64,000 nucleotides of DNA from a bacterium (GTDB lineage: Bacteria; Patescibacteriota; Minisyncoccia; Phycocordibacterales; JAKAEA01), in assembly GCA_021818465.1 (NCBI GenBank), contig JAKAEA010000001.1, positions 311,712 to 375,711 on the forward strand, written 5' to 3'. The notes beneath the pieces were generated by a model. The model was not told the DNA's origin and ran no database searches. It saw nothing but the letters and a program-made list of their open reading frames with translations. Positions 16,715 through 25,031 of the stretch are shown here, piece after piece (position 1 is the first letter of the stretch; each line of letters begins with the position of its first letter). The translations under genes and the position numbers were made by a program.

Positions 16715-18045
16715 GAGCGAGCGGTGGGCGTTCGGGTACGGGCGGTGACGTGAACAGCTCGTTCACGTTGCCAGCTTGGCGTGCGTGAACGGAGCGCATT
16801 ATAGACTGACACGAGTAGCCAAAGCGGCGCGATAAGAGGAAAAATTAAAAAATACAACAGAACAGAAACGGAAAAACGCGAACGCTCACGGGCGAGAGCG
16901 TGCGCCTCGACAACCATGCCAATCATAAGAATATAAATTAAAAGCGTGAGTACAAGGTATGCTGGGGTGCTAATAAAAAACCAATTCCAGTGCCATGGTG
17001 AGAAGGAAAAACCGATAGTGTGGAAGCGTAGATACCAGTGCCAAAGTGTCACACCGAAACGATATATAAGAAACGCTATGGAAATCACGGCACCAAAAAT
17101 AAGAGCAAGGCCAAGTGGTGCGGTAAAGAGAGCCATATTGCCATAGCGTGGTCGCAATAGAATCCAATGATAGTCGCGCAGATTTAAAAGAAAGCCAGAT
17201 GTCCAGCGAACGCGTTGTGCGTAGAGTTTTTTGAAAGTAGCGGGACCAGTTGTGTACACGGTTGCCTCGTGAGCGTTTTCAATATGTAAATTTTTTGATT
17301 GAATACGAAAAGCCATTTCCATATCTTCGGTATTGTGGGCGTGTCGAAAAAAACCAACGTGGCTAAATAAATCTCGCCGAAAAAGAGAGAATGGTCCAGG
17401 AGTGACATAGATAGCACTAATAAGTGCTTGGACCTTTCTAATAAAAATACCAATAAGGTATTCAACACGTTGCAGAGCCTGGGCGAGTGTTTGTGGTCGA
17501 TAAATTTTCATCGCGGGAGTGACGGCGACAGTCATATGCTGGCGAGTGCCGATCGGTGTTTTCCAATCCTCAAAATAAGGAATCATTTTTTTCAATGCAT
17601 TTGCTTCAACAAACGAGTCGGCGTCTAAACAGCCGACAATATCGGTGGTAGCGTGGGCAATAGCGAAATTGAGCGCGGTATATTTGCCACCATTTTCTTT
17701 TCGGTGGGCGGTGACGATAGTGGGATACTGTTTTTGGTAACGTTGAATAACGTTCCAGGTATTGTCTTGCGAACCATCATCAACGGCACTGATATATAAT
17801 TTACCGACGGGATATTCAAGGGCAAGTAATGATTCAATTGTTTTTCCAACAGTTTTTTCTTCGTTATAACACGGAACAATAATGGTAACAGATGGGTATT
17901 CGTGGGTGTGTTCAAGGCTATCGTGAATTTTGGTGCGTGCGCGAATTTTTCGACGATTAATAAAATATGTACCCAAAATAAAGGTTTGAAAATAGATGCC
18001 TACAAAGAGGAAAATGTAGAGAACAACGGTTTGAATAGTGTTCAT
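16711..18045 (-). CDS. processive GT2 glycosyltransferase (PgaC/IcaA/cellulose synthase-like)
   Basis: VPCYNEE, DDGS.D, GGK..ALN, DADS, TED, QRVRW, flanking TM helices. Confidence 0.92.
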   Translation of the reverse strand: MNTIQTVVLYIFLFVGIYFQTFILGTYFINRRKIRARTKIHDSLEHTHEYPSVTIIVPCYNEEKTVGKTIESLLALEYPVGKLYISAVDDGSQDNTWNVIQRYQKQYPTIVTAHRKENGGKYTALNFAIAHATTDIVGCLDADSFVEANALKKMIPYFEDWKTPIGTRQHMTVAVTPAMKIYRPQTLAQALQRVEYLIGIFIRKVQALISAIYVTPGPFSLFRRDLFSHVGFFRHAHNTEDMEMAFRIQSKNLHIENAHEATVYTTGPATFKKLYAQRVRWTSGFLLNLRDYHWILLRPRYGNMALFTAPLGLALIFGAVISIAFLIYRFGVTLWHWYLRFHTIGFSFSPWHWNWFFISTPAYLVLTLLIYILMIGMVVEAHALARERSRFSVSVLLYFLIFPLIAPLWLLVSVYNALRSRTPSWQRERAVHVTARTRTPTARS

Positions 18046-18101
18046 AAGAAGAGAAATGTAGTATAGCAAAATAAGGATTTTTGAGCTATAATCGCCCTAT
18101 T

Positions 18102-19241
18102 ATGAAAAAAATCGTCATTCATGACCCACAGGAAGAGACGCGCATTAAAGCATTACAAGAAAGAACTGACGTCAAAGCTGAACGAATAAAACGCTTACTC
18201 AATCTTCCCGATTTAACTAAAAAAGAACATTCACCGGTAAAGATTTTGTTTGATCAGATCATTGCTTTGCCACGATTCAAGGATTTTGATGTGGTTGATT
18301 TTCCACGAATTGTGACCGTGGAGCAAAACTTCGATCTTCTCAATACACCGAAGGATCACCCGAGTAGGCGAGAGACTGACACCTATTATGTTGATGATAC
18401 GCATGTGTTACGGACGCAAGCGACGGTGATGTGGTCGTTCTATCTCAAAGACGAAGCGGTTTTGAAAAAATTGGAAACCGATGGCGAGGTAGGTGCACTT
18501 TCAAGAGGAATTGTGTTTCGAAAAGACGAGATTGATCGTAATCATTATCCGGCATTTCATCAGATAGATGGCTTGTATGTTTGCAAAAAATCAAAAAAAG
18601 TTATAACCCTAAAGGATTTAGAAGATGTGCAAATAGATTTGGCCAAAAGTATTTTTGGTGAGGATATACACTATCAATTTTTGACAGACACGTTTCCTTT
18701 TACTGATCCATCAGTTGAAATGGACATTCAATTTAATGGTACTTGGTTGGAAGTTAATGGTGCTGGTTTGGTGCATCCGCAAGTCCTGAAAAATTTCGGA
18801 TTGGACCCAGAGGTATACAATGGCTGGGCTTTTGGTTTCGGCGACCGCTTGGCAATGATTAAAATGGGCATTCCTGATATTAGGATTTTGTGGTCAGATG
18901 ATCCGCGTATCACCAGTCAATTTAAAGATATCAACAGCACATTTAAAGAAGTTAGTAAGTATCCTGCAATCGTTCGCGATATTTCTTTCATTATTGATGC
19001 CAATATTAGTTTAAATAATTACTACGAGATTGTGCGAGATATTGGTAAGGATGTGTTGGAGGAGGTACAACTCATTGATACATTTGAGAATGAGAAAAAA
19101 TTTGGTGCAGGTAAAATTTCCTACACGTTTAGAATTGTGTATCGTTCGCTGGAGCGGACGTTAACAAACAGTGAAGTAAACGATCTACACGAAGAAATTA
19201 GACAAAGAACAGAGAAGGAATTCAAGGCAATTTTGCGCTAA
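18102..19241 (+). CDS. pheS: single-chain (organelle-type) phenylalanyl-tRNA synthetase: catalytic domain fused to anticodon-binding domain
   Basis: QNFD.L..P.DHPSR..DTYY, FRKDEID..HYP.FHQ, FPFTDPS.E, GWAFG, IPDIR.LW, then SKYP...RDISF...FRIVYRSLERTLT..EVN. Confidence 0.92.
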   Translation: MKKIVIHDPQEETRIKALQERTDVKAERIKRLLNLPDLTKKEHSPVKILFDQIIALPRFKDFDVVDFPRIVTVEQNFDLLNTPKDHPSRRETDTYYVDDTHVLRTQATVMWSFYLKDEAVLKKLETDGEVGALSRGIVFRKDEIDRNHYPAFHQIDGLYVCKKSKKVITLKDLEDVQIDLAKSIFGEDIHYQFLTDTFPFTDPSVEMDIQFNGTWLEVNGAGLVHPQVLKNFGLDPEVYNGWAFGFGDRLAMIKMGIPDIRILWSDDPRITSQFKDINSTFKEVSKYPAIVRDISFIIDANISLNNYYEIVRDIGKDVLEEVQLIDTFENEKKFGAGKISYTFRIVYRSLERTLTNSEVNDLHEEIRQRTEKEFKAILR

Positions 19242-19333
19242 AAGCGGCTGTCTTTTTGATGGGCTTTATGCTACTATGTAATACATAAAAGCGCTCGTTT
19301 CGGTGGGCGCTTGATAATTTGTAAAACTAAAAA

Positions 19334-21409
19334 ATGGCTGAAACAAAGGGTAAAAATACGTCTCACTATAGCGCCGCAGATATCCAGGTGTTAGAAGGTT
19401 TGGAGCCGGTGCGTAAACGTCCCGGTATGTACATTGGTACGACTGGTCCAGATGGTTTTCATCACTTGGTTACAGAAGTTTTTGACAACTCACGCGATGA
19501 AGCGATGGGTGGTTTTGCTACTGATATTGAAATTACGCTTTTGCCAGCGGTGGATGGCGATTTAGAACGAGTGCGTGTGGTTGATAATGGTCGTGGTATT
19601 CCCGTAGATGTACACAAACAAACAAAAGTGTCAGCGTTGGAAACTATTATGACCACCTTGCATGCTGGTGGAAAATTTGGCGGCGAGGGATATAAGGTTT
19701 CAGGCGGCTTACACGGCGTTGGTGCTTCGGTGGTGAATGCGCTCTCCAGTTGGTGTCAGGTGGAGGTGCATCGTGACGGTGGTAGATATGTTCAAGAATA
19801 CCAACGTGGCAAGAAAAAAGCCGCGGTTAAAAAATTGGGCGCATCACAACGTACCGGTACCATCGTCACTTTTGCTCCCGATGAAGAAATTTTTGGTAAG
19901 CAAACATTCGATTTCAATCGTTTGGTAAATCACATGCGCCAACAAGCGTATCTTGTTAAGGGGTTGCGTATTAGCGTTATTGATGCTCGCGCAGCGAAAA
20001 AATGCGATCTCGATACGGTATTTTATTTTCGTGAATGCGGTGTTGATGCGCCATCGCACTCGTTTTATTTTGAAGGCGGCCTGCGGTCGTTGGTTAAGTT
20101 TCAAAACCAAGTGCTTAAGCCGGTGCACAAGAATATTTTTTATGTAGAGAAAAAGACTAACGAATACGAATCAGCCGAAATTGCTTTACAGTATGTGGAT
20201 GATATTGCTTCACGAGTGTTACCATTCGCAAACAATATTTATAACAGCGAGGGCGGTACGCATATCACTGGTTTTAAAACGGCACTGACACGTACGCTCA
20301 ATAATTATGGACGCAAAAACAATCTCATTAAAGAATCGGAAGATAATTTTACTGGCGAAGACGTACTTGAAGGTTTGACCGCGGTGGTTTCCGTGAAGAT
20401 TCGCGAAATTCAATTTGAAGGTCAAACGAAAGCGAAATTAGGTACCGTGGAAGCGCGCGGTATTGTGGAAAGTGTTTTCGGTGAGGCCTTCGAGGCATTT
20501 TTGGAAGAAAATCCTGATGATGCGCGCGCTATTGTTGGTAAGGTGGTGCTTGCGCTTAAAGCACGTAAAGCTGCTAAAGCTGCCAAAGATTCCGTATTGC
20601 GCAAGGGTGCCTTAGAAGGATTTGCATTGCCTGGTAAGTTGGCTGATTGTCAAAGCAAAGACGCCAGTGAGTCCGAACTCTTTATCGTAGAGGGTGACTC
20701 TGCCGGTGGTACCGCCAAACAAGGCCGTGATCGCCGTACGCAGGCAGTGTTGCCGTTACGGGGCAAAATCCTCAATGTTGAGCGTGCTCGCTTGGATAGA
20801 ATGCTTGATTCGGCAGAAATCAAAGCACTTATTATTGCTCTTGGTACAGCGATTGGTGACACGTTTGATCTTGCTCGGTTGCGTTATCATAAAGTTATTA
20901 TTGCTACGGATGCTGACGTTGATGGTGCGCACATCCGTACGCTTTTGCTGACACTCTTCTTTCGTCATTTCCGCTCACTTGTTGATAATGGTCATATTTA
21001 CATTGCGCAACCACCGCTTTTCAAAATCAAAAAAGGCAAGGAAATTTTTTATGCGTATTCCGATGAAGAACGCAACAAAATTGTTGGCACCGCAGACGTT
21101 AGTGATATTGAAGAACTAGAATCCGATGAAGCTGCTGCAGCCGATACGCCTGCTGTAGAAGAAAAAGAAGAAACAGTAACAAAAAAATCTAACAAAATAT
21201 CTATTCAGCGCTATAAAGGTTTGGGTGAAATGAATGCTGAAGAACTTAAAGAGACAACAATGGATATTGCCAACCGTATTCTCAAAAAGGTAACGGTAGA
21301 CGACGCACAAGATGCCGATAAAGTTTTTGACGTCCTTATGGGCACCGATGTGCCAGCGCGTAAATCTTTCATTCAATCTAATGCCCAAAAAGCAACACTG
21401 GATATTTAA
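19334..21409 (+). CDS. gyrB: DNA gyrase subunit B (type IIA topoisomerase B)
   Basis: VRKRPGMYIG, DNGRGIP, LHAGGKF, VEGDSAGG, PLRGKILN, DADVDG.HI, QRYKGLGEMN. Confidence 0.93.
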   Translation: MAETKGKNTSHYSAADIQVLEGLEPVRKRPGMYIGTTGPDGFHHLVTEVFDNSRDEAMGGFATDIEITLLPAVDGDLERVRVVDNGRGIPVDVHKQTKVSALETIMTTLHAGGKFGGEGYKVSGGLHGVGASVVNALSSWCQVEVHRDGGRYVQEYQRGKKKAAVKKLGASQRTGTIVTFAPDEEIFGKQTFDFNRLVNHMRQQAYLVKGLRISVIDARAAKKCDLDTVFYFRECGVDAPSHSFYFEGGLRSLVKFQNQVLKPVHKNIFYVEKKTNEYESAEIALQYVDDIASRVLPFANNIYNSEGGTHITGFKTALTRTLNNYGRKNNLIKESEDNFTGEDVLEGLTAVVSVKIREIQFEGQTKAKLGTVEARGIVESVFGEAFEAFLEENPDDARAIVGKVVLALKARKAAKAAKDSVLRKGALEGFALPGKLADCQSKDASESELFIVEGDSAGGTAKQGRDRRTQAVLPLRGKILNVERARLDRMLDSAEIKALIIALGTAIGDTFDLARLRYHKVIIATDADVDGAHIRTLLLTLFFRHFRSLVDNGHIYIAQPPLFKIKKGKEIFYAYSDEERNKIVGTADVSDIEELESDEAAAADTPAVEEKEETVTKKSNKISIQRYKGLGEMNAEELKETTMDIANRILKKVTVDDAQDADKVFDVLMGTDVPARKSFIQSNAQKATLDI

Positions 21410-22046
21410 GAGCCTTCAATTTCTTGGCATCGTTTTGGCGGTATTCGTCCTAACCTTCATCACTCTGTATCTTATTGGTGCAGTTCCTAATTCACTTCAT
21501 TTTTTTGTAGAGACACCTATTACAAATGGTTCTGATACTACCTCATCGGCATCAGGACACCTATCGCCGGGCGCAGTGGGTGTAGAGAATGGATTTTTCG
21601 TTGGACCAGATTTACCAGAAAAGATTGTTATTCCATCTATTGGCGTGGATAGTGTGATTCTTAATCCACAAACAACAGACGTGGTCTCTCTTGATACTGA
21701 TCTTCTTAAGGGGGCAATACGCTATCCAACATCCGGTGCACTTGGAGAGGGAACGGTATTTCTCTTTGGTCATAACACTGGTTTGCCAGCTCTTAACCCG
21801 GCGTACAAAACATTTAATGGTTTGCGCACTATTAAAACTGGTGCACAGATAGAAGTTGATTCAACAACGCGACGATATTTTTACACCGTTACGTCGCTTT
21901 CGTTAGTGAATGGTAACACCGCGTATGTTACGATTTCGGCGCACAACAATGAATTAATTATTTCTACATGCAATGTATTTGGTGCCAAACAACAACGTTA
22001 CGTGGTACACGCCCAATTTAGTAGCTCTAAGCCGTTGGTAGGCTAG
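21381..22046 (+). CDS. sortase
   Basis: N-terminal TM, I.IPSIGVD, L.KGA.RYP, GHN (His), LIISTC (Cys), RYVV (Arg). Confidence 0.9.
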   Translation: MPKKQHWIFKSLQFLGIVLAVFVLTFITLYLIGAVPNSLHFFVETPITNGSDTTSSASGHLSPGAVGVENGFFVGPDLPEKIVIPSIGVDSVILNPQTTDVVSLDTDLLKGAIRYPTSGALGEGTVFLFGHNTGLPALNPAYKTFNGLRTIKTGAQIEVDSTTRRYFYTVTSLSLVNGNTAYVTISAHNNELIISTCNVFGAKQQRYVVHAQFSSSKPLVG

Positions 22047-22138
22047 AAAGAGAGGCCATTGACAATTATATTAGATATGGTAAAATGTTCACGTTCGTGA
22101 AAGGTTTCAATTTTCTTATAACTAATTAAAGAACTACC

Positions 22139-23149
22139 ATGACTAAAAAAATCATATTTATGGCTGTAGTTTTCAGTCTTGTGGGAGGCGGTAGTTTTGC
22201 TGTTGCTTCCCATCAGGCGTCTGCTGATTGGTATGGTAGTGGTTACGGTGGTGGTTACTATAATAATTGTGGTTGTGATAATGTGCCGCCACCTCCTCCT
22301 GTTATATATACACCGCCAGCAATTTACACTCCGCCGCCAACCTACACGCCTGCACCTGCGCCAACACCGGTTGTGCCTCCTCCTGTTATATATACACCGC
22401 CAGCAATTTACACTCCGCCGCCAACCTACACGCCTGCACCTGCACCCGTGCCCATTATAGTTTCTCCTGTTGTGTATACACCGCCAGCAATTTACACTCC
22501 GCCACCTATTCAACAGCCGATTATTCAGACAGCTATTCAGACAGCACCGGCATTACAGGTAACGTGTCAAGCTAATCCTGTGCATGCGACCGTTGGTTCA
22601 ACAATTACATGGACAGCGTACATTTCTGGTGGACCGGGTTATTACGGTGGATATGGTGCCTACAACAATGCCTACTATAATAATTACAACACCAACTATT
22701 ATAATGGCCTCTCAATTGCCTGGACAGGTACGGATGGTTTAGCGGCAAATTCGAGCGCAGTTGTTTCTAAGACCTACATTACTCCTGGTGAAAAGGTTGC
22801 GACAGTGACTGTGCAAGCATATGGGCAAAGTGTAACGACTAGCTGCGCCAGTTTTATTTCAGCATCTGCGCCAGTGTATGTGCCACCGCCCATATCAGGA
22901 ACCACGCATCGTGTGTATTTGAATCAAGTACCATATACCGGTGCCGGTAGTGCCACTAAAATTATTCTTTTTGGAGTATTGGTACTTGGTTGGAGCGTAC
23001 TCGTTGCTTGGATGCTTATGAAGCGTCGAGCGGCTCGGTTAGGTGGTGCTACAGCAGTTGCGGTTGCGCCCACTGAAAATCCTATGCCCGTATTTACGAC
23101 ACGTGCCTTCCTAACAAATCACGTCAATCAATTGCGCCAAGCGTTATAA
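22139..23149 (+). CDS. Pro/Tyr-rich surface protein with PKD-like domain and VPYTG sorting signal
   Basis: Signal peptide, YTPP repeats, beta-sandwich segment, VYLNQVPYTG + TM helix + KRR. Confidence 0.85.
   Translation: MTKKIIFMAVVFSLVGGGSFAVASHQASADWYGSGYGGGYYNNCGCDNVPPPPPVIYTPPAIYTPPPTYTPAPAPTPVVPPPVIYTPPAIYTPPPTYTPAPAPVPIIVSPVVYTPPAIYTPPPIQQPIIQTAIQTAPALQVTCQANPVHATVGSTITWTAYISGGPGYYGGYGAYNNAYYNNYNTNYYNGLSIAWTGTDGLAANSSAVVSKTYITPGEKVATVTVQAYGQSVTTSCASFISASAPVYVPPPISGTTHRVYLNQVPYTGAGSATKIILFGVLVLGWSVLVAWMLMKRRAARLGGATAVAVAPTENPMPVFTTRAFLTNHVNQLRQAL
22292..22503 (+). repeat. intragenic tandem repeat, 84-bp period
   Basis: 68 bp identical at 22292-22359 and 22376-22443, third partial copy at 22464-22503. 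Confidence 0.92.
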
Positions 23150-23170
23150 AAAGTAAAAAAAGGTCACAAT

Positions 23171-23199
23171 AAAATGAGCGCCCGAAAGGCGCTTATTTT
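23171..23199. terminator. bidirectional intrinsic terminator
   Basis: AAAATGAGCGCC-CGAAA-GGCGCTTATTTT between convergent genes. Confidence 0.8.
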
Positions 23200-24958
23200 A
23201 TATTTTATTTTTAATTTCATCGGAGAGTTGTCCAACTATTTTTTCAAGCGGTACACTGCCGATCTGGCCTCTGTCGCGGCTTTCTAACGTAGCAGTTGCT
23301 GTGGCACATTCTTTGTCGCCGATAACAAGCCAGTAGGGAATTTTTTCTAGTTTTGTGGTGCGGATTTTTTTACCGAGTGACTCATCGGAAGCGTCAAGCT
23401 CGGCGCGAATACCTGCCGCAACCAGTTTCGCGGTCGCTTTTGTAGCAACGGTGTGGTGAGCTTCACTAATGGGAATAACGCGCGCTTGCACTGGCGAAAG
23501 CCAGAGAGGGAAAGCGCCGGCAGTGTGTTCAAGTACTGTTGCCATAAAACGTTCGATGGAACCCATAATGGCGCAGTGAATCATGACGACGTCATCTTTC
23601 TTGCCCTCTTCATTCACGTAGGTGAGGTTGAAATTTTTTGGCATATTGAAATCGAGCTGGATAGTTGCTACTTGGAGTGTTCGACCAAGCGAATCAGTAG
23701 CGATAAAATCAATTTTAGGACCGTACATTGCGGCTTCACCTACGCCATCGATGAAATCGCTACGGCCACGTTTTTTGATGAGTGCAGAAAGCTGTTGCTC
23801 GGCATCGTGCCAAATGTCTGGTGTGCCCAAGTATTTTTCAAAATGTTCCGGATCGTGTCGCGATAGGCGAATGCGAAGATTCTTGAAACCAAGAGTACTA
23901 TAAAATGTATCAATAATATCCCAAATAGCGAACACTTCTTGTTCGATTTGATTTTTTCGACAAAACACATGCGCATCATCTTGCGTAATAGAGAGAACGC
24001 GTGAGAGGCCGGAAAGTTCACCCGACTGCTCATCGCGATACACCATGGTGGTTTCGCAGTAGCGCTGCGGCATGTCGCGATAACTGCGTGGTGCTGCGGC
24101 GAAAATTTGCGTATGGTGCGGACAATTCATGGGTTTTAAGGCGTAGAGTTTTTTCTCGCGGGTGGTTATTTTGAAAAGCTCTTCGCTGAATTTTTTCCAG
24201 TGACCGGACGTTTCGTAGAGGTCTTTTTTGGTAATGTGGGGGATGGTTACTTTGCTATAGCCACGAGCTTTGCGAAGTTCCCACACATAGTCGTTTAATA
24301 GTTCACGGATGAGCGTTCCTTTAGGCGTCCACAGCGGTAATCCTGGGCCAACAAGCGGTGAGAATACAAAAAGTCCAAGTTCCTTACCGAGTTTTTTATG
24401 GTCACGTTTCTCAGCCTCGCTGCGTTCATGTATGTATGCATCCAACGCTTGTTTGTTTGCAAACGCTAAGCCATAGATACGGGTGAGCATGGGTTTAGTT
24501 GCATCGCCGCGCCAGTAGGCACCGGCCACGCGATCGAGTTTGAATGCATCGGCAGCAATATCCTGTGCTGGATTAGTAGCATGTCCACCCCGGCAAAGAT
24601 CAGTAAACTCTCCAAAGGTATACAGAGTGATATGCTCGCCTGCCGTGGCGATTTCATGAATGAGCTCAAGTTTAAAAGGGTTATCTGCATACAGTTTTTT
24701 TGCTTCGGCTTCACTCACTTCTTTATTCGTACTTTTTTCCCATGTTGGCAGAATTTGGCGCATCTTTTTTTCTATCGCCACCAAGTCTTTGTCTGAAATA
24801 GGTGTACTAAATTGGAAATCATAATAAAAACCAGTATCAATGGCAGGACCGATTGTCGGTTTGGCGTCAGGGTAAAGTTGGAGAACAGCTGCTGCAAGAA
24901 GGTGCGCTAATGAGTGACGCTGGTATGCAAGTTTTTTTGACGGTTCGAGGTCTTTCAT
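23198..24958 (-). CDS. thrS: threonine--tRNA ligase
   Basis: RHSLAHLLA, DLCRGGH, RDHKKLG, KPMNCP.H, TQDDAH, YGPKID, IH.AI.GS.ERF. Confidence 0.98.
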   Translation of the reverse strand: MKDLEPSKKLAYQRHSLAHLLAAAVLQLYPDAKPTIGPAIDTGFYYDFQFSTPISDKDLVAIEKKMRQILPTWEKSTNKEVSEAEAKKLYADNPFKLELIHEIATAGEHITLYTFGEFTDLCRGGHATNPAQDIAADAFKLDRVAGAYWRGDATKPMLTRIYGLAFANKQALDAYIHERSEAEKRDHKKLGKELGLFVFSPLVGPGLPLWTPKGTLIRELLNDYVWELRKARGYSKVTIPHITKKDLYETSGHWKKFSEELFKITTREKKLYALKPMNCPHHTQIFAAAPRSYRDMPQRYCETTMVYRDEQSGELSGLSRVLSITQDDAHVFCRKNQIEQEVFAIWDIIDTFYSTLGFKNLRIRLSRHDPEHFEKYLGTPDIWHDAEQQLSALIKKRGRSDFIDGVGEAAMYGPKIDFIATDSLGRTLQVATIQLDFNMPKNFNLTYVNEEGKKDDVVMIHCAIMGSIERFMATVLEHTAGAFPLWLSPVQARVIPISEAHHTVATKATAKLVAAGIRAELDASDESLGKKIRTTKLEKIPYWLVIGDKECATATATLESRDRGQIGSVPLEKIVGQLSDEIKNKI

Positions 24959-25031
24959 ATGCGGTGGTGAGAATTGGTCTACATCATAACAGCTTTACTC
25001 GCTATTTGAAAGTTACTAATCTATGAGTTAA

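Noticed and set aside
19289-19312. Hairpin AAGCGCTCG...GGGCGCTT upstream of gyrB as a regulatory RNA
   Set aside because: Single simple hairpin, explained adequately as a terminator for pheS or a 5' stabiliser
19334-21409. gyrB without gyrA, and parB without parA, as incomplete systems
   Set aside because: Partners are often unlinked and may lie outside the window
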